Assembly (NCBI RefSeq): GCF_001194135.2
Contig: NC_068981.1
Span: forward strand, 66,302,688-66,354,909
Length of the DNA: 52,222 bases
Direction of reading: 5' to 3'
Source of the DNA: Octopus bimaculoides
Lineage: Eukaryota
This document shows positions 22,271 to 35,591 of this stretch, piece by piece (the first letter of the stretch is position 1; each line of letters opens with the position of its first letter). Both the position numbers and the translations under genes were made by a program. A model generated the notes under the pieces. The model made no database searches, had not been told where the DNA came from, and saw only the letters and a program-made list of their open reading frames with translations.

Positions 22271-25184
22271 TATACCCATATATATTATAAATATGTATGT
22301 GTTAGGGAAAAGAAAAGAGCACTGAATACATATCGTGAATGTTAAATATTTGCAATACTCTTTGTGACTTAAACCTCTTTTGCTCAAAACTTTACAAACG
22401 TAAAAGCATGTCTATTTATGCAGATGCGGCAGTGTTAAGAAGTGAAGTAACTGTGAGTCCTAAACAAGCCTGATTGTCATTGGATGTTATGTAAAGTTCG
22501 TTCCTATTTGTGGGTTCGAGTCACCTGAACGTAACAGCAATTCGGCGGTTGCTTGATTTTGGAGTAATTAGAAGATAGTATTGATCAACTAGTGAATGAT
22601 GAAAAGTAGAGTTTTCATTGCTTTCATTAGAAATTCTAGCAGAATCTTTTGTAAAATTTGTGAAAAATTATTATATTGTAATTATCAAATACTGGTTTAA
22701 AATTAATAAATAGAGAGCTCCGTTGGTAACAGCAGGTTCAAATTTAGTATCCTTGTTATAGGATGATGCGGTGGGTTGTTATAATATATGCAGTTTCTTG
22801 GGGAGGCAAAACAAGGCCCGTCCATTTCGCCCATATTCAGAACAAATATGGAAGGCCTTGTAGAGTACTCTCCAGGTTATGCTGAGCAGGCTATTTTGCT
22901 CGCCCCGAAGCCTCCTGATACTATGAAGCTGCGAAGTAGAGTTTTTCCCCGTACCTACACTGAAGGAGTATATATAGTGGATGAATCTTCCCTTGAAGTT
23001 TTTGGCGGTGGATCTCGTGCAGTATCTCGGGATAACAACAGGTGAAGTAAAGGACTCCAAAGCAGCATTTGGGAAGGCAGTATCCCTTCAATGAACAGCT
23101 GGATTAATTTAAGCAGATGCAAATAGGTACCGGGGTTAGGGGCTCTAAAGATGTATGCCTTTATCAGTTGTAGCCTGTAATATTGGAACTGGCGTTATCT
23201 AGATAGGATTAACTTACTTTGACATTATGCATACTAAAGAGTTTGAGGTATTTATGTGTATTTAGGTTTGGGAAATTGGGTCTAATGTGGGATAAAATGC
23301 TTCTGGTCATATTCGTAGAGACATCTGTACTAAATGGAGAATTTAACCAATTTAGTGGGATCTTCCACATACGCTCTTCCTCCTCTGAATAAGTCACATG
23401 AAAAAGAAAAAGGTAAAAACTAATGAGATTAAACCTAGAATTAAAACTCTGTTGTTAACTGACGGTGCAATTCTTGTTCTACAGCATTTGCCATACTTCT
23501 AATCTTGAAAAATAGATACAAACTAAAAATATAGCTGTAGAGACCACAGTTGCAACAGTTAACAAGTTAACGTTGGTCTGTGTTGTTTGTCTGTTATTCT
23601 GCTGTGGGATGACGTGATGGATAAAACTAGTGGGCCGAGATAGTTTTCAAAGACTGAGCTCAATCCAAGACATTCGTATCGACTTCCTATCTCACAACGC
23701 ATTCACGTACTCCATTTCTTAATAGTGTATATATTAAAAAAAAAAACATTCAGTCTGTAGAGTCTGATTCTTATCGCCTTTCATTACTTTAGACAGATCA
23801 GCTTAAGATTAATATATTCATCGAATTCCTTGATCTAACATAAAGAAATTTTATGAAATATTGCAAGTTCTAGGCAATAAAACCCTCTTAAGTAAAATAG
23901 TCTACCTTTTTCCTAGATATTTCATTTCATTTTATTTTTTATTTTTCTTTATATATATTTGTCTCACCTGTCAGTCTCGTACACACATCCATTCACGCGC
24001 GCACTCAGTCAATTATCTATTTTCTTTCTCTATTTCACTTCTCTATCTCTTCAGTCTTTCACATGTATTTACTTAATACACCTAACGTTAAGTTTATTTT
24101 GATTTATTTATTGCTTGCTGTAGCTAAAATATCCAATACATTTTCAGGAATGCTCCTAAGCCATCAAAAAAAAAAACTTTACCTCGCTTATATTCTTCTC
24201 TCGTTACAAAATTACGTTTATAGAAGCTCCTTGCTAAATCAATTGCTTTAAATATTTACTTCCTCACTTTAAATTGTTTACATATTTTTATCGACCTCTG
24301 CAACTAAAACTAAATAGGTGAATTTCGGGCTTATAAATGACACATACCATCAAAGCTGGCGCCTATGTAAATAAGGATCTGTGTTGTGAAACTACTTGGA
24401 TTTTTTAACTCCATGCATCGCGTTTTCTAATATACCACAGCCGCCAAAGGACCTGTATTTAGCCGTCGTTAGATGTGCTAAAGTAGCAGCTTATCTTTCC
24501 CACCACTTCCTAGTGTCTTTAAAAGAAAGGAGGGCATTGGATAATATAGCCTGAAATTATTTTAAAAGACAAGATCACAGTTGTAATGTTTTTGTTTATA
24601 AATCTGCTCAAGCAAGATTATCCTGGAAGATAAGTAACAATAATTACGTATTTATATAATTGGGTAGAATGTAATTTCTTAATGTTCCTATATTTTCTAA
24701 GGGCATCAGTGGCTTAGGTGATGTGAAATAGGTTTAAATCGATCATCGAAAACCTGAAAGCTCTATCTTTGTTCTATTCGTGCCCGACATGAATATATAT
24801 CAAGAAAGTCATTGATTTCTAGCGCTGGTAATTACTCATATATTTAGGAAATAAACACAGCCAATGAAATCGACCCAAGTAATTGACTGGTACATATATT
24901 ATCAAACTTGGCTGGCAGTTATTTATCAAAGTGGTATTTACTTTATTGAATAAAAAGAGAAAAGAGAGAAACGGGCCGGGTAGAATTTACTCTAAAGCTT
25001 ACAGAGACGTGAATACTGCAAACATTTGATCCAACGTTGAAAATTGTACTAATATTAAGTTGCAGAGCTCTCTGGAGTCAATAAAATAAGGTATCAGTGA
25101 GCTACTGGTATCGATAATATACAGTTACTCCTCAACCCTACAAAGTTACTAGCCTTATGCCTAGATCAAAAACAATATTAAATG

Positions 25185-25620
25185 GCAGAATCTTTAGGGC
25201 GAAGACCCAATGCCTTACAATATTTGTTCCTGCTTTTTACGTTGTGAGCTTAAATCCAGGTCGATAAAATGAAATACCAGTGATCTAGTAGGTCAATTTT
25301 ACCCGCTTACCATCTCCCACCACAATTATGTCCTTGTGTCTCTAGAAACGATAATTCATATCGTTATCATTAAGTATGGTAGAATTGTTAGAGACAGACA
25401 AAATACGTTGCATTTAGTTACGGCCGTTTTCGTTCTGAGTTCAAATCTGGCCAAGTTCAACTTTGCCTTTCATCCTTCCAGTGAAGTGCAAAAAGTCGAT
25501 GATATTGGCTGAACACGCCTGTAAGCCTTCTGTCTAAATAAAAAAAAAAACGATGCTATGTACGGCGACGAATTAGCAGAATCGTTACTACTTGTGCTTA
25601 AATTAGAAACAATTATTACT
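25185..25620 (+). mobile_element. Degenerate SINE family A copies in tandem
   Basis: Repeated ggtcgataaaatgaaataccag, ttctgagttcaaatctggcc and ctttgcctttcatcc motifs. Confidence 0.55.
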
Positions 25621-27209
25621 GTAATGTACTCGTGAAATAAAGAAAGAGAGAGAGAGAGAGAGAGGTAAGTTTCTTGGATGATATATTGAACGAACGGTGG
25701 AAGAACGGAAGGATCGAACCGTCTCTATGATATATCTATGATAGTCTATGTCTCTTTTTGATTCTCAAATGACTGTGTTCACTTAGATAAATGGACCTTT
25801 ACGAGATAAACACGGAGAGTGGGAACGGTAACATCAGTGGTTCTCCTTTTAACTAACAGTTTAACTTCCTCATGTAAAATGGCTAGGAAAAAGCTGTGTC
25901 TAACAAACTTTTTGACTCGATACACAAAGTCGTCTATTCGACCTCAACCCGAGTTAGGTTACGGACTGCGCAGTTAACATCACCATTGATTACTTACGTA
26001 AATACAATGTCTCAAATATTACAGAAGCATCTTATTTCAAATGAATCCGAAACAATTCGATGTATTTTGGCAAACACTATTGCGAAACACATCCAAAATT
26101 ATCATGTTATTTTACGCAAGTTATCTTCTACGCAATTATTATTTTGTATCGCTAGGTAGCCTTCTAAACTAACTCGTTGAGTACTACACCCATCCATATA
26201 CAGCGGAAGCACCTGTCTCTTTTTTGCACTCCATATTGTCTCCGGCATCCCAAACTACCCACTAATCGCTTTATTTTTTAATTCTTTCTCCATCAGAATG
26301 TTCATATATTGGAATTTCTTTCCTCACCCACGTGTTTTACTGAAAATGTTAACATACAAATGTCCAAATGGAGCATAAAACGTTTCAATATCACCAGTTT
26401 GGAAGAATCTACGAAGGTTAGAAATACAGATTCGCCTCATTAAAACAATCGACGTTCTTGATTTCTTGTTATTTTTATTTTATTTTATTCTATTTTATTT
26501 CCTCCTTAGTTGTGCAGAAAAGAGCAGTAGTAACTGCCGGAGAAAACAAATTCTTTTCAAAGTAGGTCTGAATTAAGGCACAGATTCCAAGTCGATAGTA
26601 TTTGCCTTTTAGTTAAAATGGGAAGAGCAGCGTCCGTATCCCTTTCTTTTTCCAGCACTTCTGAGACTGGTATTGAAAAATTAAGATAGGTGGTTATCCT
26701 CAAACCGGAGATCCAGTTTCAATGCCCGCAACAGACTGAACTCTGGTAAATGTACCGAAGAATTAGTTGATAGCGTTAAACCAGTTTATAAATCTAAGTT
26801 CCTTAAACCAAAAATTGAAACGCAAAGTTCAAATATCACATGGCACCTCATCTGATGCTGTATCAATTCCGCCAATTTATCGACCTAGACTGGACCCTTC
26901 ATTTTATTTTATTTCCTCTCTGCAAAGAGGAAATGCAAAGAGGAAATGCAAAGTTGATCTCTGTGGGGTTTTCAGATCACAGGGAGCCGGAGCATACACT
27001 GCAAGGCATTTCATTCTATGCGCAAATAACTCGCTGTCTACGATCAAAGAAATAATATCATAATATATAAACGATTTTTGTGTCCTTTTGACGATTTGAA
27101 GATTTTTGTCTCCTTTTTTCGGAGACTGTCAGCGGCGTTGGAGAGCATAAAGATTAAAGTTGTAGATGAGAAGTTAGCTGACATAAAGGACTGGAAACCA
27201 TAAGAATAT

Positions 27210-27625
27210 TGAAAAAGAGTCGCCTGTATCATGATTCGCGCCGGGTGCCAAAATGCCGACATCATAACACCTGCTTAATGTTCTGTGAACACTGTAAAAG
27301 CTGTAAGACGTGGCATGGACATCATGTAAACTATGATTGTCTTTACCTATGTCGCCTGAGAGGGTGACTTTATGTCGCACCACATCTATGAGCAGGTCCT
27401 TCAGGCAACTATGTGAAGCTGCTGGAGACTGTGCTCAAATCCTGGCTGTATGATTTGGCTCCTTGCCATACTTCTAGGAAGGATCAGAAGTGCTTGTCGG
27501 AGAATTTCTACGACCTTACCAGCCCTAATTTCTGCCCTCCTAATTCATCCAATTCTGACCCCATTGGTTACTGTGTGAGGGGTGATTGAGAAAGACACCG
27601 ACCGCTCTGCCTGCAACACCAAGGC
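27210..27625 (+). mobile_element. Internally deleted Tc1/mariner transposase remnant
   Basis: N-terminal-like KRVACIMIRAGCQNADII, then NYVKLLETVLKSWL, LAPCHTSRKDQKCLSENFYDLTSPNFCPPNSS..PIGYCVRG and EKDTDRSACNTK (eroded APxH and WPPNSPDLNP motifs). Confidence 0.7.
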
Positions 27626-28329
27626 CTTCGGCTTGGCCCACCAAATTTAGCCCGAACATCTTGTACGCCAAAAGAACCGGGTATTGCAAGCAAAAATAAA
27701 TATTGAAAACAAAACGCATTTGCGCAAATTTGGATATATGACAGTTTAACATAATAGCGATGATATATATATATATATATATAAACACAAAATGGGACAA
27801 GAACGCAAAACATCCATACAATTAGGTGATACAAGAAAGGGACAACACAACATCCAGAAGGACGAACGATACAAAGATAACAAGGACGGATCATTCGGAG
27901 TTTTCTTTCCTCAGTCGAGTTCTAGATTATCTTTGCAATTTCGGCTGGTTATACACGAGATTACTCCATCTGGCCAGCCCCAAGGAAAAACTAAGCTAAG
28001 ATCATTAGATTCCTTGGAAGAAAGCAGCGAATGTATACGAAAACAAGGACGGAAAAAACAGAGAAAGTTACACAAATACAAATAACAGGACATGACACAT
28101 ATATATAAAGAGAGTGTACATGTATGTATGTGTGTATGTATGTATGTATGTATGTATGTATGTATGTACGTATGTAGGTATGTACTGATTGCTCTTTATT
28201 TTTAAAAATTTTGCTTGATTATATTTTCAAAGACTTTGACAAAGGAGTTAAATTTGTTTTTCGTAATAGTGGGGTATAGTTAGATCATTGGAGATTCAAA
28301 TTGGCGTAACACACGTTGCAAGATCCTTT

Positions 28330-28570
28330 GATAAGGCTCATAATTGTGGAACGTTTTCCACATGTGAAAGCATTTGGGCTGACCATTAGGAGGTTGTGAC
28401 AATTGTCCTGGACATCCTCACTTTGAAGGGCTTCCATGGGACCTTCGCAAAGTGGTTGGAGTGTTACAACAAGTGCATTGAAGCTAGATAACTAGAATTT
28501 TGTGCTTCTTTGAAATCAATAAGTTTCACTCCTGAAAAAGTCTGAAAACTTCTGGACGGCATTTTGTATG
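28330..28570 (+). mobile_element. Mariner transposase C-terminal fragment
   Basis: VVTIVLDILTLKGFHGTFAKWLECYNKCIEAR resembles the mariner C-terminus (..W.KC....G.YFE). Confidence 0.45.
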
Positions 28571-29319
28571 TTGAATAACAGTCTGTAACTGATCTTTTCA
28601 AGAAATGTAGCATCTCAACTATTGAAATTTTCTTATCCAGCCTCAACATGAATGAAATGATCACGTCATTCAGATGGGTGACGAATTCCTCCACAACACT
28701 CTCCTCTGCATTAAAATGTATGATGAAGTACGAAATGTTGGGAAACCTCTCTTATGACACAAAGAAAAACTAGAATTCATCCTGCCTATTTCAAAGTAAA
28801 CTATGAAGGAAACTGTGCTGCTAAGTTGAAGGCAATTTTGAATCTTCAAAGTTAGATAACTTAATAATTAACACAAAAAATACAAATCCATTTTGTCACC
28901 AATTTGCTCCTATTATTTTTTTAAGGACCGGTTTTATTTGTAAACTTAAAGTTGATTTGATGTCTTACCGTAGAAACAAGCTTTATGTATATAATTGAAT
29001 GGTAACATCACTCGTGTATTGAAACCGACGAAAGAATTCCATCAGTCATCATCATCATCATATATATATATATATATAATGTTGCACGAAGCAGCGTTGA
29101 ATAACATTTTCGTGTGAAGTCGTAATTAAAACATTCGAGTGCATTCGGGCATGAGAAAACCTTCCGCTGTGGAGATACTCCCAGGGGAAAATTCTTCTTT
29201 CAGACATGTATGAAGACATGTTTTAGGCTGGGAATAATGTCATCGAATCGATGATCTTCTCACGTCCGAATGCGCTCAAATGTGTTAAATATGACCGCAC
29301 ACGAACATATATATATATA

Positions 29320-29778
29320 TATATATATCCTCACGTGGTCATTTTTCTTTTCTTTCAGGGCTGTCCTAAGGACTGGACGTATTCTATATCTCTCTTCTAT
29401 CTTTTCTCTTGTCAAAGAAAATATTTCTCCAGTATTAGCTATTTTACCCTCGTTCTGGTCTAACGACCCTCCATGTTTGTTTTCGTTCGGTTTCGTTGTA
29501 TGTCTCCACTGTCCTGTTTTTGTTCCCAACTTTGACCCTCCATAAATCCCAAATTTTATTTTGGTATTTATGGGAGCAACTGTCTTCGAAGACTCATATT
29601 GACGTTCATTGCTCGAAATGAGAAGATAGACAACCGACAACTGATGAAGGGTCGTCCTTTATGTTACTTGTCCTGTTTTCTATCTGTTTGTCTCGTTGTT
29701 TGCGTATTGAACTCATTTGTTTTCGTATTTCATGTTGTTTACTGTTGGTGACGTCCTGTACCCATATATGCATATATA
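29320..29778 (+). mobile_element. Dispersed repeat family 2, probably a PLE-like terminus
   Basis: Homologous to the reverse complement of 48985-49440; contains cgaaa followed by gacaactgatgaaggg. Confidence 0.4.
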
Positions 29779-29905
29779 NNNNNNNNNNNNNNNNNNNNNN
29801 NNNNNNNNNNNNNNNNNNNNNNNNNNNNNNNNNNNNNNNNNNNNNNNNNNNNNNNNNNNNNNNNNNNNNNNNNNNNNNNNNNNNNNNNNNNNNNNNNNNN
29901 NNNNN

Positions 29906-29943
<38 letters not shown>

Positions 29944-30366
29944 AATGTTAGAAATAAATATTTTGTATGCGTAACAAGAATGTTCTATGTAATAGCTTTA
30001 GCAGATACTGTATGATAGCATAAATTAATAAATTAATATCTCAGCATGATAGTATATAATGTATATATATATGTCAGTGCTAAGAATCGAACGACACGGG
30101 AAAAATATATCCAGATAGATACATTAAATTAAGCATACATACTGTGTACGTTCTTTATCAAAGATGTGGATCCATGCTTTTATCAGAAATGTGCTGAAAA
30201 ATTATATACATACATCTTTATTTTGTCCGAATATTTACATATTTATTAATCTTATCCTCTTTTTTCATTACTTCAATGATTCGGCAAAGGGATGAACGCT
30301 TTCACAGCCTCCATTCAGCTCACCTCCACGAATTCCTGACCTTCTACCTAAACCAAAAACTCAACT

Positions 30367-30513
30367 TCTTTCTTTGTTTTTTTTGTTTCTTCTTTTGTTT
30401 CTTTTCTTTTATTTTGTTTTTCTTTTTTGTTTTTACTTTCTTCTCTCAGATTACTGCAAGAACTGACAATAACAGGAAAGACCCACGCACTGAAAGATGA
30501 ATTTACAGTTAGT
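30367..30513 (+). other. Candidate small exon (30450-30507) with long polypyrimidine tract
   Basis: About 80 nt of pyrimidines ending ctctcAG, a 58-nt open segment (LLQELTITGKTHALKDEFT), then GTTAGT; no recognised homology. Confidence 0.2.
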
Positions 30514-30629
30514 TCTTGAAATAAATGAGTTTTGCCAAATGCATCGCAATCTAAATATAGGCAGACATATACAGGTTGGAATAAACAAGATATAATCTGA
30601 ATTAGATTCGAGATACGTTTCACAGCAGA

Positions 30630-30825
30630 TAATTATTATTATCATCATTATTATTATTATCATTATTAATATTATTATTATAATTATTATTATTATAATT
30701 ATTATTATTATTATTATTATTATTATTGCTGCCATTGTTGAGGNNNNNNNNNNGTGGTGGTGGTGGTGACGATGATGAAGATGATGATGATATTGACGAT
30801 GACGACGATGATGACGATGACGAAG
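30630..30825. repeat. (ATT)n, (GGT)n and (GAT/GAC)n microsatellites around gap 30744-30753
   Basis: Directly visible. Confidence 0.9.
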
Positions 30826-31304
30826 ACAACGGTGCTATTATTGATATAATAATTCTCTTTCGAGTGGAAATACTTTCTTGTCACAGGCGCATAACTTGGC
30901 ATGCTTTTTTTACCCCAGCAGTAGCGTAACTGAAATACTGGAGCTGTCTTTAGAATATGGAAAGCGAAGTAAAAATGCCAGCAATTTTCGAAAGCTCATT
31001 CTTCTGATGTCGAAGAAAGAATAGCAGCAGTCGAACATCTTTTTCAAAGAAAGAAAAAAAATTACATGTATGAGTGCATGTTTGTGAGCGTGCTTGTGCG
31101 CGTGTATATGGATATAGGATGTAGATATATACGTGCACACGAACGTACATTTGTATATAGATAAATACATACATACACATATACATATATATGTAAGGTA
31201 TGGATTTCTGTTTCCTACAACTGTGCGTACCTACATGCACATGTACGTAGGTACGTTTCAGAAAATTACATGTATATAGTGTATAAATATATGTGGCTAC
31301 ATAA

Positions 31305-31465
31305 ATACATCCATCCATCCATCCATCCATCCATCCATCCATCCATCCATCCATACATACATACATGCATACATACATACATACATACATACATGCATGC
31401 ATACATACGTACATACATACATACATACATACATACATGCATGCATACGTACGTATATACATACA

Positions 31466-31501
<36 letters not shown>

Positions 31502-31510
31502 TACATACAT
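31305..31510. repeat. (CATC)n and (CATA)n microsatellite
   Basis: Directly visible. Confidence 0.95.
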
Positions 31511-31625
31511 CACGGTATTATCTACCGATGAGACATGACTTTGTAGCTAGGAAACTCTACAATGAAATCCGTCGGAAGGATATACCCGAGGACAAAGAAA
31601 TAAGAACCCACAATATATATGTGTA
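31511..31625 (+). mobile_element. Fragment of an RLE-type (R4/Dong-like) non-LTR element
   Basis: SRYYLPMRHDFVARKLYNEIRRKD contains the RHD motif that follows the CCHC finger in RLE elements. Confidence 0.45.
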
Positions 31626-32018
31626 GCGTGACGATCATTTCTAGAAAAGTTGAAAATCTCTTGGATGTTACCTTGGAAGCCTACAAGCAATCGCATGCCC
31701 CGTGGTTGTAGGCCAGTTCCACAATTAAATGATTTGGTGTGTCTTTGTATTTTTTTCCTTTTTGTTTTCTTTGAAATTATTGCTCACTAAATCAAGCTGT
31801 TGTCGAATCTCTCCGTCATTATAGTCTGCAAAAGAAGCGACCAATATCCCAAGTCACTTACGCGCAGGTTTGAAATTACATACTTCCTGCTGGTCAGGGC
31901 TGAACATTCTACTCCTACCCATCGCCGCAGTATATATTGTTTTCAGTGTCTTTTCCAAGAAATACTTGTCTCTTCTTTCGACACTCATTACCACACATCC
32001 AAGAAGAGAGAGTGAAAG

Positions 32019-32055
<37 letters not shown>

Positions 32056-32570
32056 CAGAGTAAGAGAGTGATTGCAAGAGAGACAGACAGGCTGATAAAC
32101 AGGCAGGTAGACAGACAGCTTGAAGAGTTGTTGTTATGGTTTATGAAGGATTTGTTGAACGAGTGATGCGAAGAGAATGACATAGGAAGGGAGCGGAAAG
32201 ATCGAGAAAGATTAGGAATACGAGAAAGGTAGAAGGCCCAAAGAGAAAGAAGTATATATTTTTATTTATTCAGACAACTGGTAGAAGTTTTCACAAGTAA
32301 AGAGAAACTAATGAATTTGCTGTACATCAGAAAATTCTGCAACATTTACAAGAGATAACATGACTATCTCATATGGCAAAGTACCAGTCTAGTGCAATCT
32401 AGTCTCAACAGCTAAAGTATCACAGTAATACCGAAAACTGCTGCTTCAGTATTATCTTATCCGCTCACACATTTCACATCATTTTAAAATGTATACACCA
32501 CACACACACGTACGTATGTACACATGTATGTATGTATGTATGTATGTATGTATGTATGTATGTATGTATG

Positions 32571-32606
<36 letters not shown>

Positions 32607-33269
32607 TGTATGTATGTATGTATGTATGTAGTTACTGCAGCAATCATAGACAAACTGGTGACTTCGGTGCAGAAAAAACAATGACTGCGGTGAGGATTGA
32701 CATGTTTTCAACAATGGGTGTGCACAACAGGTTCAGTCAACAGAGACACTGCCATGGTGTGAATGACTTCTAGTCTTTCCTTGACCGTCACTTTAGAAGG
32801 AAAACTTTAATGTTAAACTTGAAACTCGTCGGCAGCCAATGACGTTGACTAGTTCTTTTGGAGATATCTGCCATCATTATTCAGAGAGTGAGATTGGTAG
32901 CGTACAAGATCCTTCCTTATTTTTAAAAGCACCATGCACAGGCATCGATTGTACCGAAATCGTCATCTTATACTCGAGAACAAGGAAGCAATCATTATGT
33001 ATGTATGTATGTATGTATGTATGTATGTATGCATGTCTTTCGCTTTGGCATAGTGAGACTAATAACCTGGTGTTGAACTCAATGAACATATGATCTAAAA
33101 CTCAAAGTTAGGTGAATATAGAGTGATAATAGGAACAAAAGGATGACACTAGAAAAAACAAAGGTTATGTAATGAGTTACATTAGCTTACAGCTGTTTCG
33201 ACTATAAAATGTGGTGAACTCCTAGATGAATGCTTGGGTAACATCCTATAGCTGTCATCTCTCTGTTCC

Positions 33270-33301
<32 letters not shown>

Positions 33302-33502
33302 CTATACCGGCTGTAGCGAAGATTCAAAGTCTGTGGTGTTAAAATCCTTCTTAAAGATTCGTGTGTTTTTTCTTCAAAATCGCTACCTTTCATTATTGAA
33401 TTGACTAATTGCAAGCACTAAAGCAGACTTATAATCTAGACTTATAAAGCAGACTTATAATATCCGTAGGAAGCTTCAAATTTAAAACATTCGTGTGTGT
33501 GT

Positions 33503-33553
<51 letters not shown>

Positions 33554-34247
33554 NNNNNNNNNNNNNNNNNNNNNNNNNNNNNNNNNNNNNNNNNNNNNNN
33601 NNNNNNNNNNNNNNNNNNNNNNNNNNNNNNNNNNNNNNNNNNNNNNNNNNNNNNNNNNNNNNNNNNNNNNNNNNNNNNNNNNNNNNNNNNNNNNNNNNNN
33701 NNNNNNNNNNNNNNNNNNNNNNNNNNNNNNNNNNNNNNNNNNNNNNNNNNNNNNNNNNNNNNNNNNNNNNNNNNNNNNNNNNNNNNNNNNNNNNNNNNNN
33801 NNNNNNNNNNNNNNNNNNNNNNNNNNNNNNNNNNNNNNNNNNNNNNNNNNNNNNNNNNNNNNNNNNNNNNNNNNNNNNNNNNNNNNNNNNNNNNNNNNNN
33901 NNNNNNNNNNNNNNNNNNNNNNNNNNNNNNNNNNNNNNNNNNNNNNNNNNNNNNNNNNNNNNNNNNNNNNNNNNNNNNNNNNNNNNNNNNNNNNNNNNNN
34001 NNNNNNNNNNNNNNNNNNNNNNNNNNNNNNNNNNNNNNNNNNNNNNNNNNNNNNNNNNNNNNNNNNNNNNNNNNNNNNNNNNNNNNNNNNNNNNNNNNNN
34101 NNNNNNNNNNNNNNNNNNNNNNNNNNNNNNNNNNNNNNNNNNNNNNNNNNNNNNNNNNNNNNNNNNNNNNNNNNNNNNNNNNNNNNNNNNNNNNNNNNNN
34201 NNNNNNNNNNNNNNNNNNNNNNNNNNNNNNNNNNNNNNNNNNNNNNN

Positions 34248-34615
34248 CTAACTGATGTATCAATACCAACAGATGACAACATCTCTCTAAAAAAAATGGA
34301 GAAACTTTCAAAATACAAAGATCTGGAAATAGAGGTAACTCGAATGTAGAGCCTAAAACAGAAGCAATTTCTATTATAATAGGCGCATTAGATATGATAA
34401 AAAAAAACATTCAGACAAATACATAACAAAAACACCAGAACGTACGAGTATATATAACATACAGAAAATAGCACTACTAGCCACCGCACACATCTTACAT
34501 AAAACACTTTTAATACAATGAAAATAAAAGCACCACAACAAACCAGAGCACATAGCCAAGGCACACAGAGCTGTGCTCGATAGCGCTATGAAAGCACGTG
34601 ATAAAAATAAGACTA

Positions 34616-34620
<5 letters not shown>
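34248..34620 (+). mobile_element. 3' end of an R4/Dong-type retrotransposon (RLE domain and 3' UTR), followed by (TAA)n
   Basis: LTDVSIPTDDNISLKKMEKLSKYKDLEIEVTRM, IIIGAL and YNIQKIALLATAHIL; stop at 34519-34521; 5' part lost in gap 33554-34247. Confidence 0.8.
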
Positions 34621-34685
<65 letters not shown>

Positions 34686-34690
34686 TAAAA

Positions 34691-35148
34691 GATAGGCTAC
34701 AGTAAATGTTCTACTCAATACCACAGATTTGCTTGTCAGTTGCTTGACCTTAACCAGCTGAGAATTCCTTTAGTGGCTAACAATTTGTGCATCTCTGGTC
34801 ACGAGCAGAAGTATTGGGAGAGCATCATAACCATGTGTTGAGAGAAATTCTTTGGGGTTGGAATAATTCATATTCTGGAAACATGGGTGTTTTGTTCATC
34901 ATCCTTAAACAAACCTTATTCAGGGACTTTTTGAGCATGATGTACTACTCAACCTGAAGAAAATTCTGAGTCCCACCTGCAAGGTCATGCGTTGTTTATC
35001 TCGATATGAGATCATCATGTCGCGTACATATGGTTGTGATGCATGTGCCTGGTGTACCCTTATAAGATGGATAGTTTAAATGGGTATATTTGGTTTCGTA
35101 TATTTTACCCCCAGTGACACTTCGATGACATGCACTGCTCTTTTACTC
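34691..35148 (+). mobile_element. Non-coding ~460-bp element bounded by (TAA)n on both sides, SINE-like
   Basis: Lies between TAA tracts 34619-34685 and 35149-35257; no ORF or recognised protein motif. Confidence 0.45.
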
Positions 35149-35257
<109 letters not shown>

Positions 35258-35590
35258 GGAATGATAATCTCTAGGAATGATTTAAAAAGGTACTGAAACC
35301 TATTTGAAAATGATACCAGGCCTACCATCCCTACAAGAAGTGCAAAAAATCGTGTTAACTGGAACAACTCATGTATTGAGAAGAGCATTATCGCTGTGAA
35401 AACAGCATCCATTCATGAATTTATTTATTTATTTATTTTTTTACATACATATTTTACCTGTGAATTTGCGTGTGTAAACTGGGAATTCGTACAATGAGCT
35501 TCTCTTCCCTAGGTGTACGGAAAACACTCGGCGAGAAATGAAAGAAAATTTGAAGACAGACGAAAAAAAAACAATAATAATAATTATTAT
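35258..35590 (+). mobile_element. Short 3' fragment of a second R4/Dong-type family
   Basis: LKMIPGLPSLQEVQKIVLTGTTHVLRRALSL* (stop 35397-35399), then 3' UTR and an A/TAA tail. Confidence 0.7.
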
Positions 35591-35591
35591 T

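Noticed and set aside
22779-23400. Possible degenerate L1-like ORF2 fragment on the minus strand
   Set aside because: Only a loose ITWRVLYKAF resemblance; no diagnostic motif.
28571-28700. Possible second mariner fragment on the minus strand
   Set aside because: Resemblance limited to a few residues (NDVI, EMLH).
30910-31626. Low-complexity ORFs (MYVC, HTYI, poly-I, poly-N and similar) across the window
   Set aside because: Translations of di-, tri- and tetranucleotide repeats with no protein signal.
33442-34410. Long ORF-track entries here and at 3746-4227, 43910-44571 and 48374-50021
   Set aside because: They are open only because they cross N gaps and microsatellites.
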